A DNA stretch of 64,000 nt from the NCBI RefSeq assembly GCF_006345805.1, contig NC_043001.1, positions 126,232,001 to 126,296,000 of the forward strand. The letters run 5' to 3'. This document shows positions 26,224 through 38,849 of this stretch, piece after piece; the stretch's first letter is position 1, and every line of letters starts with the position of its first letter. The stretch comes from Octopus sinensis. Taxonomy: Eukaryota. The notes beneath the pieces are model-generated. The model saw only the letters and a list, made by a program, of their open reading frames with translations, ran no database searches and was not told the DNA's origin. A program made the translations under genes and the position numbers.

Positions 26224-26984
26224 TACATACACACATTATTTAACGCCGCCGAATAACGGACAATAAAAAATGACCATAAAGCTTCAAGAGCGACTGTCAT
26301 TGAAATAATTTCATCCGAAAGATAACACTTAAGATGTCTCGTAAACTCAATTCGTAATGCGAAATTTATTCGTTGGTTAATAAAAATTACAATAATAACT
26401 GTCAGTAAAGACGTGTCATCCGGAAGATAACAATACGAGGGGTTTCGAGGCCGGTGTTTTTTGGTCCTCTAGAAATTAATCGTTTGGATAATAAACAGAC
26501 ACTAACTACCGTATGTGAAATCCTTTTTTATTCAGGAGACAAAGCTTGGAAGATATTGAAATGTCGTTGGACCTGAGAAATTTATTCTTTTTCAGATAAA
26601 AAGAGATTATAGAAAAAGTAAGGAAATATGTAATAAAGAAGATCTAAAGAGGAACTGAAGAAAAATATAGCGTCTTAATGTTTAATATTTAAGCTCCCCA
26701 AGGCGGCGAGCTGGGGTAATCGTTGGGACACTGGGCAAAATACTTCACAGCAGTTTATCGCTCTTTACGTTCTGAGTTCAAATTTCACCGAGGTTGACTA
26801 AGCACTAGTTCAACATTGGGGAGTCGATGTAATCGACTTACCTTATCATCCAGAAATGCTGGCCCCTGTGCCAAAAATTAAAAACCAATATTTAAGCTCT
26901 CTAAGGCGGTGACTAGACAGAATCATTGCCACCCCTCGCAAAATGCTTGGTGGCATTTCTTCTGTCCTTACGTTCTGAGTGTGT

Positions 26985-27545
26985 ACATATAGGTGCAGGC
27001 GTGGCTGTGTGATAAGAAGCTTCCTTCCCAACAACATAGTTCCGGGTTCAGTTCCACTACGTGATACCTTGGGCAAGTACCTTCTACTATAACCTCGGAC
27101 TGACAAAAGCCTTGTGAGAGGATTTGGTATATATATATATATATATATATATAATGGCGCAGGAGAGGCTGTGTGGTAAGTAGCTTGTTTACCAACCACA
27201 TGGTTCCGGGTTCAGTCCCACTGCGTGGCACCTTGGGCAAGTGTCTTCTACTATAGCCTCGGGCCGACCAAAGCTTTGTGAGTGGATTTGGTAGACGGAA
27301 ACTGAAAGAAGCCCGTCGTATATATGTACATATATATATGCGTGCGTGTGTTTGTGTGTCTGTGTTTGTCCTCCTAGCATTGCTTGACAACCGATGCTGG
27401 TGTGTTTATGTCCCCGTCACTTAGCGGTTCGACAAAAGAGACCGATAGAATAAGTACTGGGCTTACAAAAGAATAAGTACCGGGGTCGAGTTGCTCGATT
27501 AAAGTTGCTCGATCAAATGACTGAAACAAGTAAAAGAGTAAAAGA
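26985..27545 (+). mobile_element. SINE family A: head fragment followed by a full copy
   Basis: Heads at about 26990 and 27155, and a tail at about 27520-27545. Confidence 0.85.
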
Positions 27546-27900
27546 GTATATATATATATATATATGAGATTGTGTCTGTGTTTGTCCCCCCCCTCCCATC
27601 TAAAGGGAGGAGGTATTCTCTGATGAAGAAAAGTAACAACGATCAGATATTTTTGTTCGAACCGGCCAGAACTTACTATAAATGAATAGATCCATTATTG
27701 TTTGAATTCTCGCAGTTCTGTGTGCACTTTATGAATTATCTATTCAGCACTCATAAGCACGCATCAGTAAATAATTGTAAATTGTTTGCTGATTTCTATA
27801 CAATAGCCCGTATTCTTGTTAGATTCATCGGTCCTGCGAAGTAACTTCGACTGAGAAGACATACACTAAAGTCAAAATACCACAGCATCTCAAAATTACC

Positions 27901-28680
27901 TACCTATTTCTTTATTACCCAAAAGGGGCCAACACAGAGGGGACAAACAAGGACATACATAGGTATTAAGTCGATTACATCGACCCCAGTGCGTAACTGG
28001 TACTTAATTTATTGACCCCGAAAGGATGAAAGGCAAAGTCGATCTCGGCGGAATTTGAACTCACAATGTAACGGCAGAAGAAATACCTATTTCTTTACTA
28101 CCCACAAGGGGCCAAACACAGAGAGGACAAACAAGGACAGACAAAGGTATTAAGTCGATTACATCGACCCCAGTGCGTAACTGGTACTTAATTTATCGAC
28201 CCCGAAAGGATGAAAGGCAAAGTCGATCTCGGCGGAATTTGAACTCACAACGTAACGGCAGACGAAATACCTATTTCTTTACTACCCACCAGGGGCCAAA
28301 CACAGAGAGGACAAACAAGGACAGACACACGGATTAAGTCGATTATATCGACCCCAGTGCGTAACTGGTACTTAATTTATCGACCCCGAAAGGATGAAAG
28401 GCAAAGTCGATCTCGGCTGAATTTGAACTCACAACGTAACGGCAGACGAAATACCTATTTCTTTACTACCCACAAGGGGCCAAACACAGAGAGGACAAAC
28501 AAGGACAGACACACGGATTAAGTCGATTATATCGACCCCAGTGCGTAACTGGTACTTATTTAATCGACCCAGAAAGGATGAAAGGCAAAGTCAACCTCTG
28601 CGGAATTTGAACTCACAACGTAACGGCAGACGAAATACGGCAACGCATTTCGCCCGGCGTGCTAACGTTTCTGCCAGCTA
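27901..28680 (-). repeat. SINE family B concatemer: one head plus four body units of 183-184 bp
   Basis: TACCTATTTCTTTA unit starts at 27901, 28084, 28268 and 28452, with a single head at 28640-28680. Confidence 0.92.
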
Positions 28681-29569
28681 CCTACCATCGATGAATCACG
28701 TGCTCTATGATCACGGTGAATCACGTGTGTTACAATCTAAAGAAAGGAGGCATTCTTCGATGATGAAAAGCAACAACGGTCAGATATTCACGTTCGAATC
28801 TGCCAGAACGTATTGAGAATGAGCAGAAACATTATTGTTTGAATTCTTGCTGTTCTGTGTGTACCACACGAATTATTCGTTTAGCATGCTTCTTTTGACA
28901 AGAGTTTTTGATGTCTGGACTGCATCTCCGGTGTAAATCAAGATGGGATATATACATGTGTGCACGGGCGTGCGTGTGGGTATGTGTAAACATACGTGGG
29001 TGTTATGAAATTATTCCATATTAAAATACTGAAACAAATGACGAGTATACATTTACTAAATGAATTATCTCTTAAGTGTTTCTATCGATTATTTAACTTC
29101 AACGTAACAGTTTTATATATTGATAAACTTGTCGCCCATTTTGTTTCAGTTTTGATCTGATCATATCCGCTTTTATATTTCCGGTTATTTTCTCCACCCA
29201 ACTTCATTTTTCTCTTCTTCGTTGATCTCTTTGGAATCATTTTTTTGCCTTCCGTTATTCCTTTCTGCTAAAGTGACGCAGCTGTTAGTGTGTATATCAA
29301 TGCGAATAATTTATTCATTCGTATACAATCATATTGTTTTAAATAAAATTTACAAAATCCATAGAGATTTCCGGTTAGCTCCGGGTGTTTTCGATCATTT
29401 CCGGATGCTTCGGGGCGTAGGCTGATATGTCTCTGTGATGGTGTAACTTCGGTTAGATTCACAGGAGTCATTTCCTGTTAGTTCCTTCAGGTGGGCACAA
29501 AATAGATATTTGCCATTATATACGTTGTTGATCGCACAGGAAAGGAAATACAATAATAAAAATAATGAT

Positions 29570-29576
29570 GATGATG

Positions 29577-29623
<47 letters not shown>

Positions 29624-29624
29624 T

Positions 29625-29661
<37 letters not shown>

Positions 29662-29838
29662 TGATGAAATAATAATAATAATAATAATAATAATGATAAT
29701 AATAATAATAATAATAATAATGATGATGATGATAATAATAATAATAATAATAATGATGATGATGATGATGATAATAATAATAATAATAATAGTAATAGTA
29801 ATAGTAATAGTAATAATAATAATGATGATAATAATAAT

Positions 29839-29870
<32 letters not shown>

Positions 29871-29890
29871 TAATAATAATAAATAAATAA
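29570..29890. repeat. (AAT)n compound microsatellite
   Basis: Seen directly. Confidence 0.95.
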
Positions 29891-30304
29891 ATGAATAGAA
29901 ATAAAACAAGATGAAATAAGCATTCAATGCTCAAACTTTTCAAAGGGAAGAACAAAATGGCGTGTTAATATAGAATTGTAATAATCAGAGGTCTTACGTT
30001 CAAATCTATTCTCAGTACATCGATGTGTATTTGGTCAGTAAACTTAACAATGAGTATTTCTTTTTGTTTGTTTTCGTTAAGTACCAAGCTTAGATAGAAC
30101 TGCCACTTGCAATGGACTAAATTTTAGGAAGAATGGACTTGAAGAGATTTAGGTTTCACGCGCATAATACTAGGGATCTGACAACGCTCCCATATGGTAT
30201 CTAATGACAACGGTCCTCTTTAAAGCATTTTGGATTAACTCTAGGATAGTCGTATAGTTGAAACATTCACTTATAAATTCATTTATAAAGACTATTTTTA
30301 ATTA

Positions 30305-32483
30305 CACAACGTAATAATTTTCAAAAAAAAAAAAATTGTATATTGTATTTTTTTTATTGTTTATCAATCCATTTTTTCTGCTGATTCCAAAAATGAAATT
30401 ATTTTTTGTGTTTCATCAGCAGTTAGGAAAATATGTCGACTTTTAATATTATTATATATTCGGAATCGTTATAATGTTCCGCTACTAAATGTATGTCTAA
30501 TTTTCCCTTTCAGACCAATTACTAAGTTCTGCTACTTTCAGGATGGCTACTAGAGTATGTAAAAATTCTCCAGATACATTTTGCTATGTATGTGGTTATT
30601 ATATTGGAAAAAAGCAGGTATTACATAAGATCGTGAAAGGTGCAAAAATTGTGGCTAGCGTACAGACTATTTCAGAATGCCCATGGGTGACTAGGACAAA
30701 CCATGGGCCCCACATGTGATATGTGGAAACTATCGATCTACTCTAGAAGGATGGTTAAGATGAACAGGAAGGTCAATTCCTTTTGCCATTCCAAGGGTAT
30801 GGAGAGAGCCAAAGTACCATCACGATGACTGTTACTTTTGTATGATCGATGTGACAAAGTACAGAAAAGTGAAAGGAAGAGAAGCTCTTAAGTATCCAGA
30901 CATACCATCATCTAGAGCATCTGTCCCACACGATGGCAGTTTACGAGTATCACTACTGCCATAAAATATTCATCTGAAGAGTCAACAAGTAGCAGCAGCC
31001 AAGAAATGGAGGAAGCTTTCGTACCACGAACGACTTCGGAGACTCATTTTCCAAATCAGAGTGAGCTATATGATTTAATCAGGGATTAAGTCAGGAGCTG
31101 AACTTCTTTCATCAAGGTTGAAGGAATGGAATCTACTGGGGGAAGACTGAAAGGCATCTCTGTACTGGAAGCGCTATGAAGAATTTGAAATTTACTATGA
31201 AAATATTAATGATCTGTGTTATTGTAAAGATGTGATTGGTTTGTTTACTGCTATTGGACTCAAGCATGATTCTGCAGAATGGCGACTGTTCATAGATAGC
31301 TCAACACGAAGCCTCAAAGCAGTGTTGCTCCACAATGGAAATAAATATCCTTCTTTGCCTCTTGCACACTCCAATGTCAAAGAACTTCTCGACAAAATAA
31401 ATTACGGTGAGTTCAAGTGGGATGTTTGTGGTGATTTCAAGATGCTTGCCTTCTTGCTTGGCTTGCAAGGGGGATACACAAAGTATTCATGTTTCCTTTG
31501 CTTATGGGAGAGCAGAGCTGATGATCATCATTACAAGAGAGTACATTGGCCCCAAAGAGTGGAACTGCAGCCAGGAATGTTAAATGTTCTCAAACAGCCT
31601 CTAATAGATTCCAACAAAATCTTAATACCCCCACTTCATATCAAACTCGGATTAGTAAAACAGTTTGTGAAGGCCTTAGATTTTAGAGGAGAAGCTTTTC
31701 AAGAAATTTGTCGTATGTTTCCAAAGCTATCTGAGGCTAAGATCAAGGGTGGCATATTTGTTGGGCCCCAAGTAAATGCAATGTTAAAGTCGAAGAAACT
31801 AGAAAGAGCGATGACAAAAGTTGAAAAAGAAGCTTGGTGTGCATTTCGTGATGTAGTTCGTGGATTTCTAGGAAATCACAAGGATCCTAATTACAAAGAG
31901 CTGGTAGTAAAGCTTATTGAAAACTCCAAGAAAATTGGTTGTCATATGTCCTTAAAGGTTAATTTTTTGCACTCTCACCTAGATTTTTTCCCGAAAACTT
32001 GGGTGATGTCAGTGAGGAGCATAGTGAAAGATTTCATCAGGATGTCGCAACTATGGAAAGAAGATAGCAAGGACGATGGGAGATTATATATGGTCTCTAG
32101 TCAGAAGAGATGAAGGTATACACTCCAGAAAATCTCGATCGTCAAAAAGCACTTCTCATCTTAAGAAAAGAATTATCAAGGCATTTACAGTGCAGAGTTT
32201 TATTGTTTCTTTTTGTTCTAATTAATATCATACTTCCTACATACTTTTCAATATATGAAAAAGTACTAAATGTTGTGTAATTATCCTTACAATACTAGAA
32301 TAAATTGAACCAACAAAGTGCTGTAGAGAAAAGTTACAAATACAACGAGCAAATATGAAATTAGGAATAAATAAATAACTATCGATGTTTCGTCAAAATG
32401 AATGTGATTTTTGAATTTAGTGGCAAAAAATGCAAATATGAGCATTAAAAAATACAAATAAACAAAACATGTGTTACATTGTG
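30305..32483 (+). mobile_element. Chapaev3-like (CMC) DNA transposon, full length, decayed
   Basis: Termini CACAACGTAA...TTACATTGTG flanked by TTA. Transposase: MATRVCKNSPDTFCYVCG, DKPWAPHVICG, WREP..HHDDCYFC, WRLFIDSS..SLKAVLLHNGN, PPLHIKLGLVKQFVKAL, HSHLDFFP. The family assignment is from recalled motifs. Confidence 0.8.
30543..32113 (+). pseudogene. Chapaev3-like transposase pseudogene (longest open piece 31232-32113)
   Basis: ATG at 30543, several stops and frameshifts in the N-terminal zinc-binding region, and 293 open codons of the catalytic region. Confidence 0.85.
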
Positions 32484-33022
32484 TTATAAAGACTATTTTT
32501 AATTAGAGGTAATTATAGAACTGAAGACGGTGATCTAGCAGAAACGCTAGGGCATCAGCAAAACACATTGCGGTAATTATTCCAGCTGTTTATGTTCTGC
32601 GTTCAAATACCGCTGAGGTCACCTTTGGCTTTCATCCAACCGGAATCGATAAAATAAACCACAAGTCAAGTACTGGAGTTTGTCTTATGCATAAAAAAAA
32701 AGCATCACTTTTTTAGAATTTATGGCGGTGAGCTGGCAGACTAGTTTGGGCATCGGAAAAATTGCTTTGCAGTATTTCTTCAGGTTCTTTCCCTCCTGAG
32801 TTCAAATCCCGCGAGTTCAGCTTAGCTTTTCATCCTTTCGAGATCAATAAAATAAAGTACCAGCCAACTTCTAGGGTCATTTAAATCAATTAAGACCCTG
32901 ACCCTAAATTTCAAACCTTGTGCCTTAATCAGATAATCATATATCTTTGAAGATGACAGATTGGCCGATTGTATTTGTTCCGGCTCTTTACGTTCTCTTT
33001 TCAAATCCGTACAAAGTCAACT

Positions 33023-33209
33023 GTCTATATTGAAGAGATGAGGAATTATGTACATTATCTACATTATTTACATTTTACGGATATTTGTCCTCATCTTGTT
33101 TGTTGTTAACACAACGTTTCGACTGATATACCCTCCCACAGGCATATGGTGTAGTGGTAAACAGCGCGGGTTACTAACCCCTAGATTCCGAGATCGATCC
33201 TGGCAGTGA

Positions 33210-33248
<39 letters not shown>

Positions 33249-33403
33249 CAACAACAACATCGAAAAATATCTTAGGAATGAGAACCCAGGTTCGAAATTT
33301 CCCCAAGACACCTGATGATGGCTGGAGGGTATATCGGTCGAAACGTTGTGTTAACAACAAACAAGATGAAGACAAATACTCGTTAAATGTAAATAATGTA
33401 AAT
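33023..33403 (+). mobile_element. tRNA-headed, hammerhead-tailed short element with an inverted partial tail at its 5' end
   Basis: A box TGGTGTAGTGG (33147-33157), B-box-like GAGATCGATCC (33190-33200), (AAT)n, hammerhead, (GTAAATAAT) tail. An inverted tail copy occupies 33023-33137. The 10-bp TSD AAAGTCAACT lies within an older SINE B-like element. Confidence 0.82.
33307..33352 (+). ncRNA. Minimal type I hammerhead ribozyme
   Basis: GACAC-CTGATGA-T-GGCTG-GAGGGTATAT-CGGTC-GAAACGT-T-GTGTT. Stems I and II pair fully, and stem III is the palindrome ACGT, as in dimer-acting PLE hammerheads. Confidence 0.82.
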
Positions 33404-34234
33404 AAAGTCAACTTTGCCTTTCATCCTTTCGGGATTGATGGAATGAAGTGCCACTCAAGTACTGTGGTCGGTTTAATCAACTATTCGCCCCCACTCAAAC
33501 TTCTGGCCTTGTGGCTAATATAGAAACAATTATCATAACGGGTGATGGATCGGCAGAATCATAAAAGAGTTAGACAAAATGTTTTGGGGGATTCGTTCTG
33601 GTGGTGTTTTCCTTTCAGATTTGAAAACGGGCCGTGGCCAAATCTGTCTTTGTTTTTTTCCGAGGTCGATAAAATAAAGTACCAGTCAAATACTGTTTTC
33701 AAGGTAGTCACCTAACTCTGCCTCTCCTCAAATACATCAGCCTCGAATTAGAATTTAATGTTTGTGTGTGCGTGTGTGTGTGAGTGTGTGTGTGTGCGTG
33801 TTTCATTGTTTTGACATCGCGTGATAGATGTAAAATGACTGTAATTGTCAAAACATTTCCAATAATCTGTAATAACATATCTGGCCTTGGGGAAATATTA
33901 CCTTCCTCGCAAACCGATGAAGGTTGGCGCCAGGAATAATATTTAGTTGTAGAAAGTTTGCCTCAGTAAACTCCATCCAACCTAAGCAAGCATGGAAAAA
34001 TGGACGCTAGAATGACAAAATGATTATGATGATTATATATATATATATATATATATGTAGTTCCATGTATGGATTCATAGAATCTTATGGCACAGGATGA
34101 CAGCTGCGAAACGGCCGTCATCCTAAGAATATTAATAGGTAAAATAAATATATTCATCTCTCATACCTCCTGACATTCTATGATCTCTCTCTTTCTTTCA
34201 ATATATATATATATATAGTTAATCTAAACAAGAA

Positions 34235-34410
34235 AGCACAAAAAAATACAACAACGCGAGGACGTGGAACAAATATAGTATTATTGGACGCTCAGGAAAG
34301 AAGGAGGGTTTAACGTTTCGAGCGGAGCTCTCCGTCGGAAACATAGGAGAAGGAAAGATCCAGAGAAGGGAAGACAGAGGAAAAAAATTGTCAACGGTAC
34401 ACACGCGGTC
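34235..34410 (-). mobile_element. PLE terminal module family C with a hammerhead-like motif
   Basis: GTTT-CCGACGG-A-GAGC-TCC-GCTC-GAAACGT-T-AAAC at 34308-34343. Confidence 0.7.
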
Positions 34411-34413
34411 ACA

Positions 34414-34498
<85 letters not shown>

Positions 34499-34501
34499 CT
34501 C

Positions 34502-34539
<38 letters not shown>

Positions 34540-34840
34540 ATCTACTTACGTATATTTATATATATATATATATATAATAGATATAATTGGTGTGTCATAA
34601 GACCAGTGATATATTTTTAACTAGTGTGTCATGCGGCCATTTAGGGCATCTTCTTGTTTGGTCATTTCTTGTGTCTTGATGAGTCTATAGTAGTAGGGCG
34701 AAAGGTCAGGTAAGAACAGCTTAGGTCAGGTCAGAGACACACGTGTTAACACACATATTAAGCCGTTATCGTCTCCAAATGAATTAGGTTGACAGTAATG
34801 GCGTTTCTAAATGTGTATGCAGAGGCACACACATAGACGT

Positions 34841-34895
<55 letters not shown>

Positions 34896-35041
34896 TATAC
34901 ACATACATGCATAAGTGCATCATGAATGAGTAGACACATATATGTATGTATGTATATATATATATATGAATTAAAATAAAGCTCAAATTAGGCCATCAAC
35001 TCTTTGTAATATACACATTCATAAATTCAATTTAATATATA

Positions 35042-35985
35042 CAGGGGTTGGACAAAATAATGGAAACACCTTAAAATATCAAAGAAATTAATTTTAATAT
35101 TGGGCAGGACCGCCATTGGCAGTAATTACACCTTGAATTCTACAAGGTATGGACTTGTACATATTTTGAATTGTTTCCAAAGGAATTTTTGTCCATTCTT
35201 CATCTAAAACAGTCTCCAGTTCTTGTAGTAATGATGTGGAAGATATTGGCTCCTTACTTGTTTTTCTAAAATGCACCATGACTGCTCAATAATATTGAGA
35301 TCTAGGCACTAGAATGTTCCTTGTACTAATCAGTAACAACTTTAGCTGTGTGAATTGGTGCATTATCATCCCGAAAAGAAGCGTTTCACTCCGGAAACAG
35401 TTCTGCTAATTTCAGATGAATTTGATCAGATAAAATGCTTAAATAGTATTGACTGTTAATTCTACCACGAAGGGAAACCATTGGACCGGCGGATTTCCAA
35501 GATATAGTCCCCCAGATTATCACAGATCCTCTTTCATGTTTAAAAGTTGGAAGAAAGCAGTCTAGGTCAAATGCTTCTTTTGGCTGTCTCCACACATATA
35601 CTCGGCCGGTGGTCGGAGAGAAGATAAAGAATGACTCGTCCAAGAAAATAACATTCTTCCACTGCTCTAGGGACCAATTCAGTAGGTTTTATTCCACTAT
35701 AAACACTTTGCAGCTCGCGGCGAACAGTTTTTGTGGAAACTGGGTTCTCGACGTGGTCATTAAACTCTGCAGTATTTTTGGGAGCTGTACTTTTGTGATC
35801 CTTTATAACACTTCGTGTAAGATTCCGAGATTCCCTATCTGAAAGTTTTGGTTTTCTTCCGGAGTTGTCTAACCTGAGGCAGATTATCCTGTTATTTCTA
35901 GGATTTTGAACGGCTATATTGACGCTCTTTTATTGGCTCGTATAAATATAAAGTTGTTGCCATTGTTTTGTTTTCTACAGCCCCG
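35042..35985 (-). mobile_element. Tc1-like transposon, internally deleted and decayed
   Basis: TA then CAGGGGTTGGACAAAATAATGGAAACACC TIR. Protein pieces DES.F...GRVYVWR, SVIIWG.IS, DNAPIH and EEWTKIP...GG. The other TIR is only weakly seen near 35960-35985. Confidence 0.85.
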
Positions 35986-36399
35986 TGTCAGCCCTTGTTG
36001 AACAGAATTTCAACCTTGACCATCTCATCTTCTTTCCATGTGCAGAGAACACAGACCCATATCATATAACATGGCAGGGTGTAATTTGTGTCAATTTTCC
36101 TGTTATTTCTAACACTTCGAGTGTCCACATAGAGTCTTGTTGGCTCATATAAATATCATTTCTCTTTTCTTATTCTTTTCTTATCAATTGAAAAGAGAAA
36201 AAAGAGCAACGCTCATTAACATTATTTTCACAGGGCTTCCTAAACTTGGATGCGGCCCGGCTCTCTTATTGAGTAAGATGTTACGGGCCGAAATACTTGC
36301 CTGAGAAAGGTTTCTTCTCTAAAGACCTACTGTTCAGATCTCTTGAGAGTTTCTTACCACCATTGATCGTTTTCTTTGTTCTTTTTTCTTTAGCAATAG

Positions 36400-36935
36400 T
36401 CATAGACAAGAAGAGCTGAGCTTATAAACCTATTTTCACAGGGCCTCCTAGACAGGAAGTTATCGTCAAACCGGATATCTGGAGATATGTTAAAGGTGCA
36501 GAAATAGCACTGATGTCCCAAGAAAGAGGTACGATGAAGGAGTCTATTCCGGGCATAGGTATGAAGCACCAAAAACCATGACATAAACAAGAAGAGCTGA
36601 GCTTATAAACCTATTTTCATAGGGCCTCCTAGACAGGAAGTTATCGTCAAACCGGCTATCTGGAGGTATGTTAAAGGTGCAGAAATAGCAGTGATCTCCC
36701 AAGAAAGGGGGCGATGAAGGAGTCTATTCCGGGCATAGGTATGAAGCACCAAAAACCATGACATAAACAAGAAGAGCTGAGCTTATAAACCTATTTTCAC
36801 AGGGCCTCCTAGACAGGAAGTTATCGTCAAACCGGATATCTGAAGATATGTTAAAGGTGCAGAAATAGCAGTGATGTTCCAAGAAAGAGGTACGATGAAG
36901 GAGTCTATTCCAGGCACATGTATGAAGCACAAAAA
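36400..36935. repeat. Tandem repeat of 180-181 bp, 3 copies
   Basis: CAAGAAGAGCTGAG at 36407, 36588 and 36768, with high identity between copies. Confidence 0.92.
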
Positions 36936-37237
36936 AACCATAGGGCTGGAAACCATCGTCTGGTTGTAGTAATGGTAGTTGAGTCAGTGGTGATTTTATC
37001 AGCAGTAATGGTGGTAGTAGAGGAAGTAATGGTAGTAGTGAGTGTTGTAGTGCAAATAATGGTCTTAGCAGCGAGGACTTTAATGGTGGTATGCCGTTGT
37101 TTAGTACCATATAGACACTTATTGAAAGACCGAAGACCAGAGGCATTCCACTCCATCTATGACCACCATTCCATACTTACTACGGGCATAGTATACTTCG
37201 TTTCGTAAAACAGCAGGGAAGGTATGGTATGGTTGTT

Positions 37238-37465
37238 AGCTGGCAGAAACGTTAGCACGTCGGGCGAAATGCGTAGCCGTATTTCGTCTGTCGTTACGTT
37301 CTGAGTTCAAATTCCGCCGAGGTCGACTTTGCCTTTCATCCTTTCGGAGTCGATAAATAAAGTACCAGCTTCCCACTGGGGTCGATGTAATCGACTTAAA
37401 CCCTTTGTCTGTCCATGTTTGTCCCCTCTATGTTTAGCCCCTAGTGGGCAGTAAAGAAATATATT
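37238..37465 (+). mobile_element. SINE family B monomer
   Basis: AGCTGGCAGAAACG head through to GTAAAGAAATA. Confidence 0.88.
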
Positions 37466-37989
37466 TCTAGCAGGTCGTTGACATACCATAACGTCTCCCA
37501 AATTTAGGTTGGTGGTGACAGAGATAGATGGCGGTAGCGGTGGTGATGATGTCGATGTCAGTGATGTGAATGGTGGTGGTCGTGGTAGAGATGGTGGTGA
37601 TAAAGGTGGTGTTGGTGGTGCTGGTGGTGGTAGAGGATTTAAGTCTAGTTGTGGCTATCGTTGTTGATAAGCATTGGTGCCGGAGGGGATCACAGAGCTT
37701 AATCGTTTAATCCAAATTATAATGTGTTTTACATTAACATCATTTCCACTGAGCTTTTGCTGCTACTACTGCTGCTGCTGCTGCTGCTGCGTTCACTTAA
37801 ACAGACGGGATTTCCTTCAACAATGTAGATAATATATGCACGCGCACAGATCCATACACAAACACATACATACGAGCGCACTCACACACACTTACAAACA
37901 CATGCACGCATACATATATACATACACATTCTGTTCTCTCCCGTATAGTCTGCCATTTTCTGTCCACATGTTCCCCCTTTCTCTCTGTC

Positions 37990-38302
37990 CCTCTCATGCA
38001 TACATACATACAAACATACGTAAATACATATATACATACATACATAACATACATACATACATACATACACACATACACACATACATACAAACATACATAC
38101 ATACACACATACATACATACATACATACATACATACATACATACATACATACATACATACATACATACATACATACATACATACATACATACATACACAC
38201 ATACATACAAACATACATACATACATACATACATACATACACACACACACATACATACATACAGACATACATACATACTTACATACATACATACATACAT
38301 AC

Positions 38303-38333
<31 letters not shown>

Positions 38334-38448
38334 CACACACATACATACATACATACATACATACATACATACAGACAGACATACATACATACTTACATAC
38401 ATACATACATACAGACATACATACATACAGACATACATACATACATAC

Positions 38449-38479
<31 letters not shown>

Positions 38480-38672
38480 CACACACATACATACATACAT
38501 ACATACATACATACATACACACATACATACATACATACATACATACATACATACATACATACACACATACATACAAACATACATACATACATACATACAT
38601 ACATACACACACACACATACATACATACAGACATACATACATACTTACATACATACATACATACATACATAC

Positions 38673-38703
<31 letters not shown>

Positions 38704-38818
38704 CACACACATACATACATACATACATACATACATACATACAGACAGACATACATACATACTTACATACATACATACATACAGACATACATACATACAG
38801 ACATACATACATACATAC

Positions 38819-38849
<31 letters not shown>

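Noticed and set aside
27901-28680. CRISPR-like array
   Set aside because: The units are whole 184-bp SINE bodies with no unique spacers, there are no cas genes, and the context is eukaryotic.
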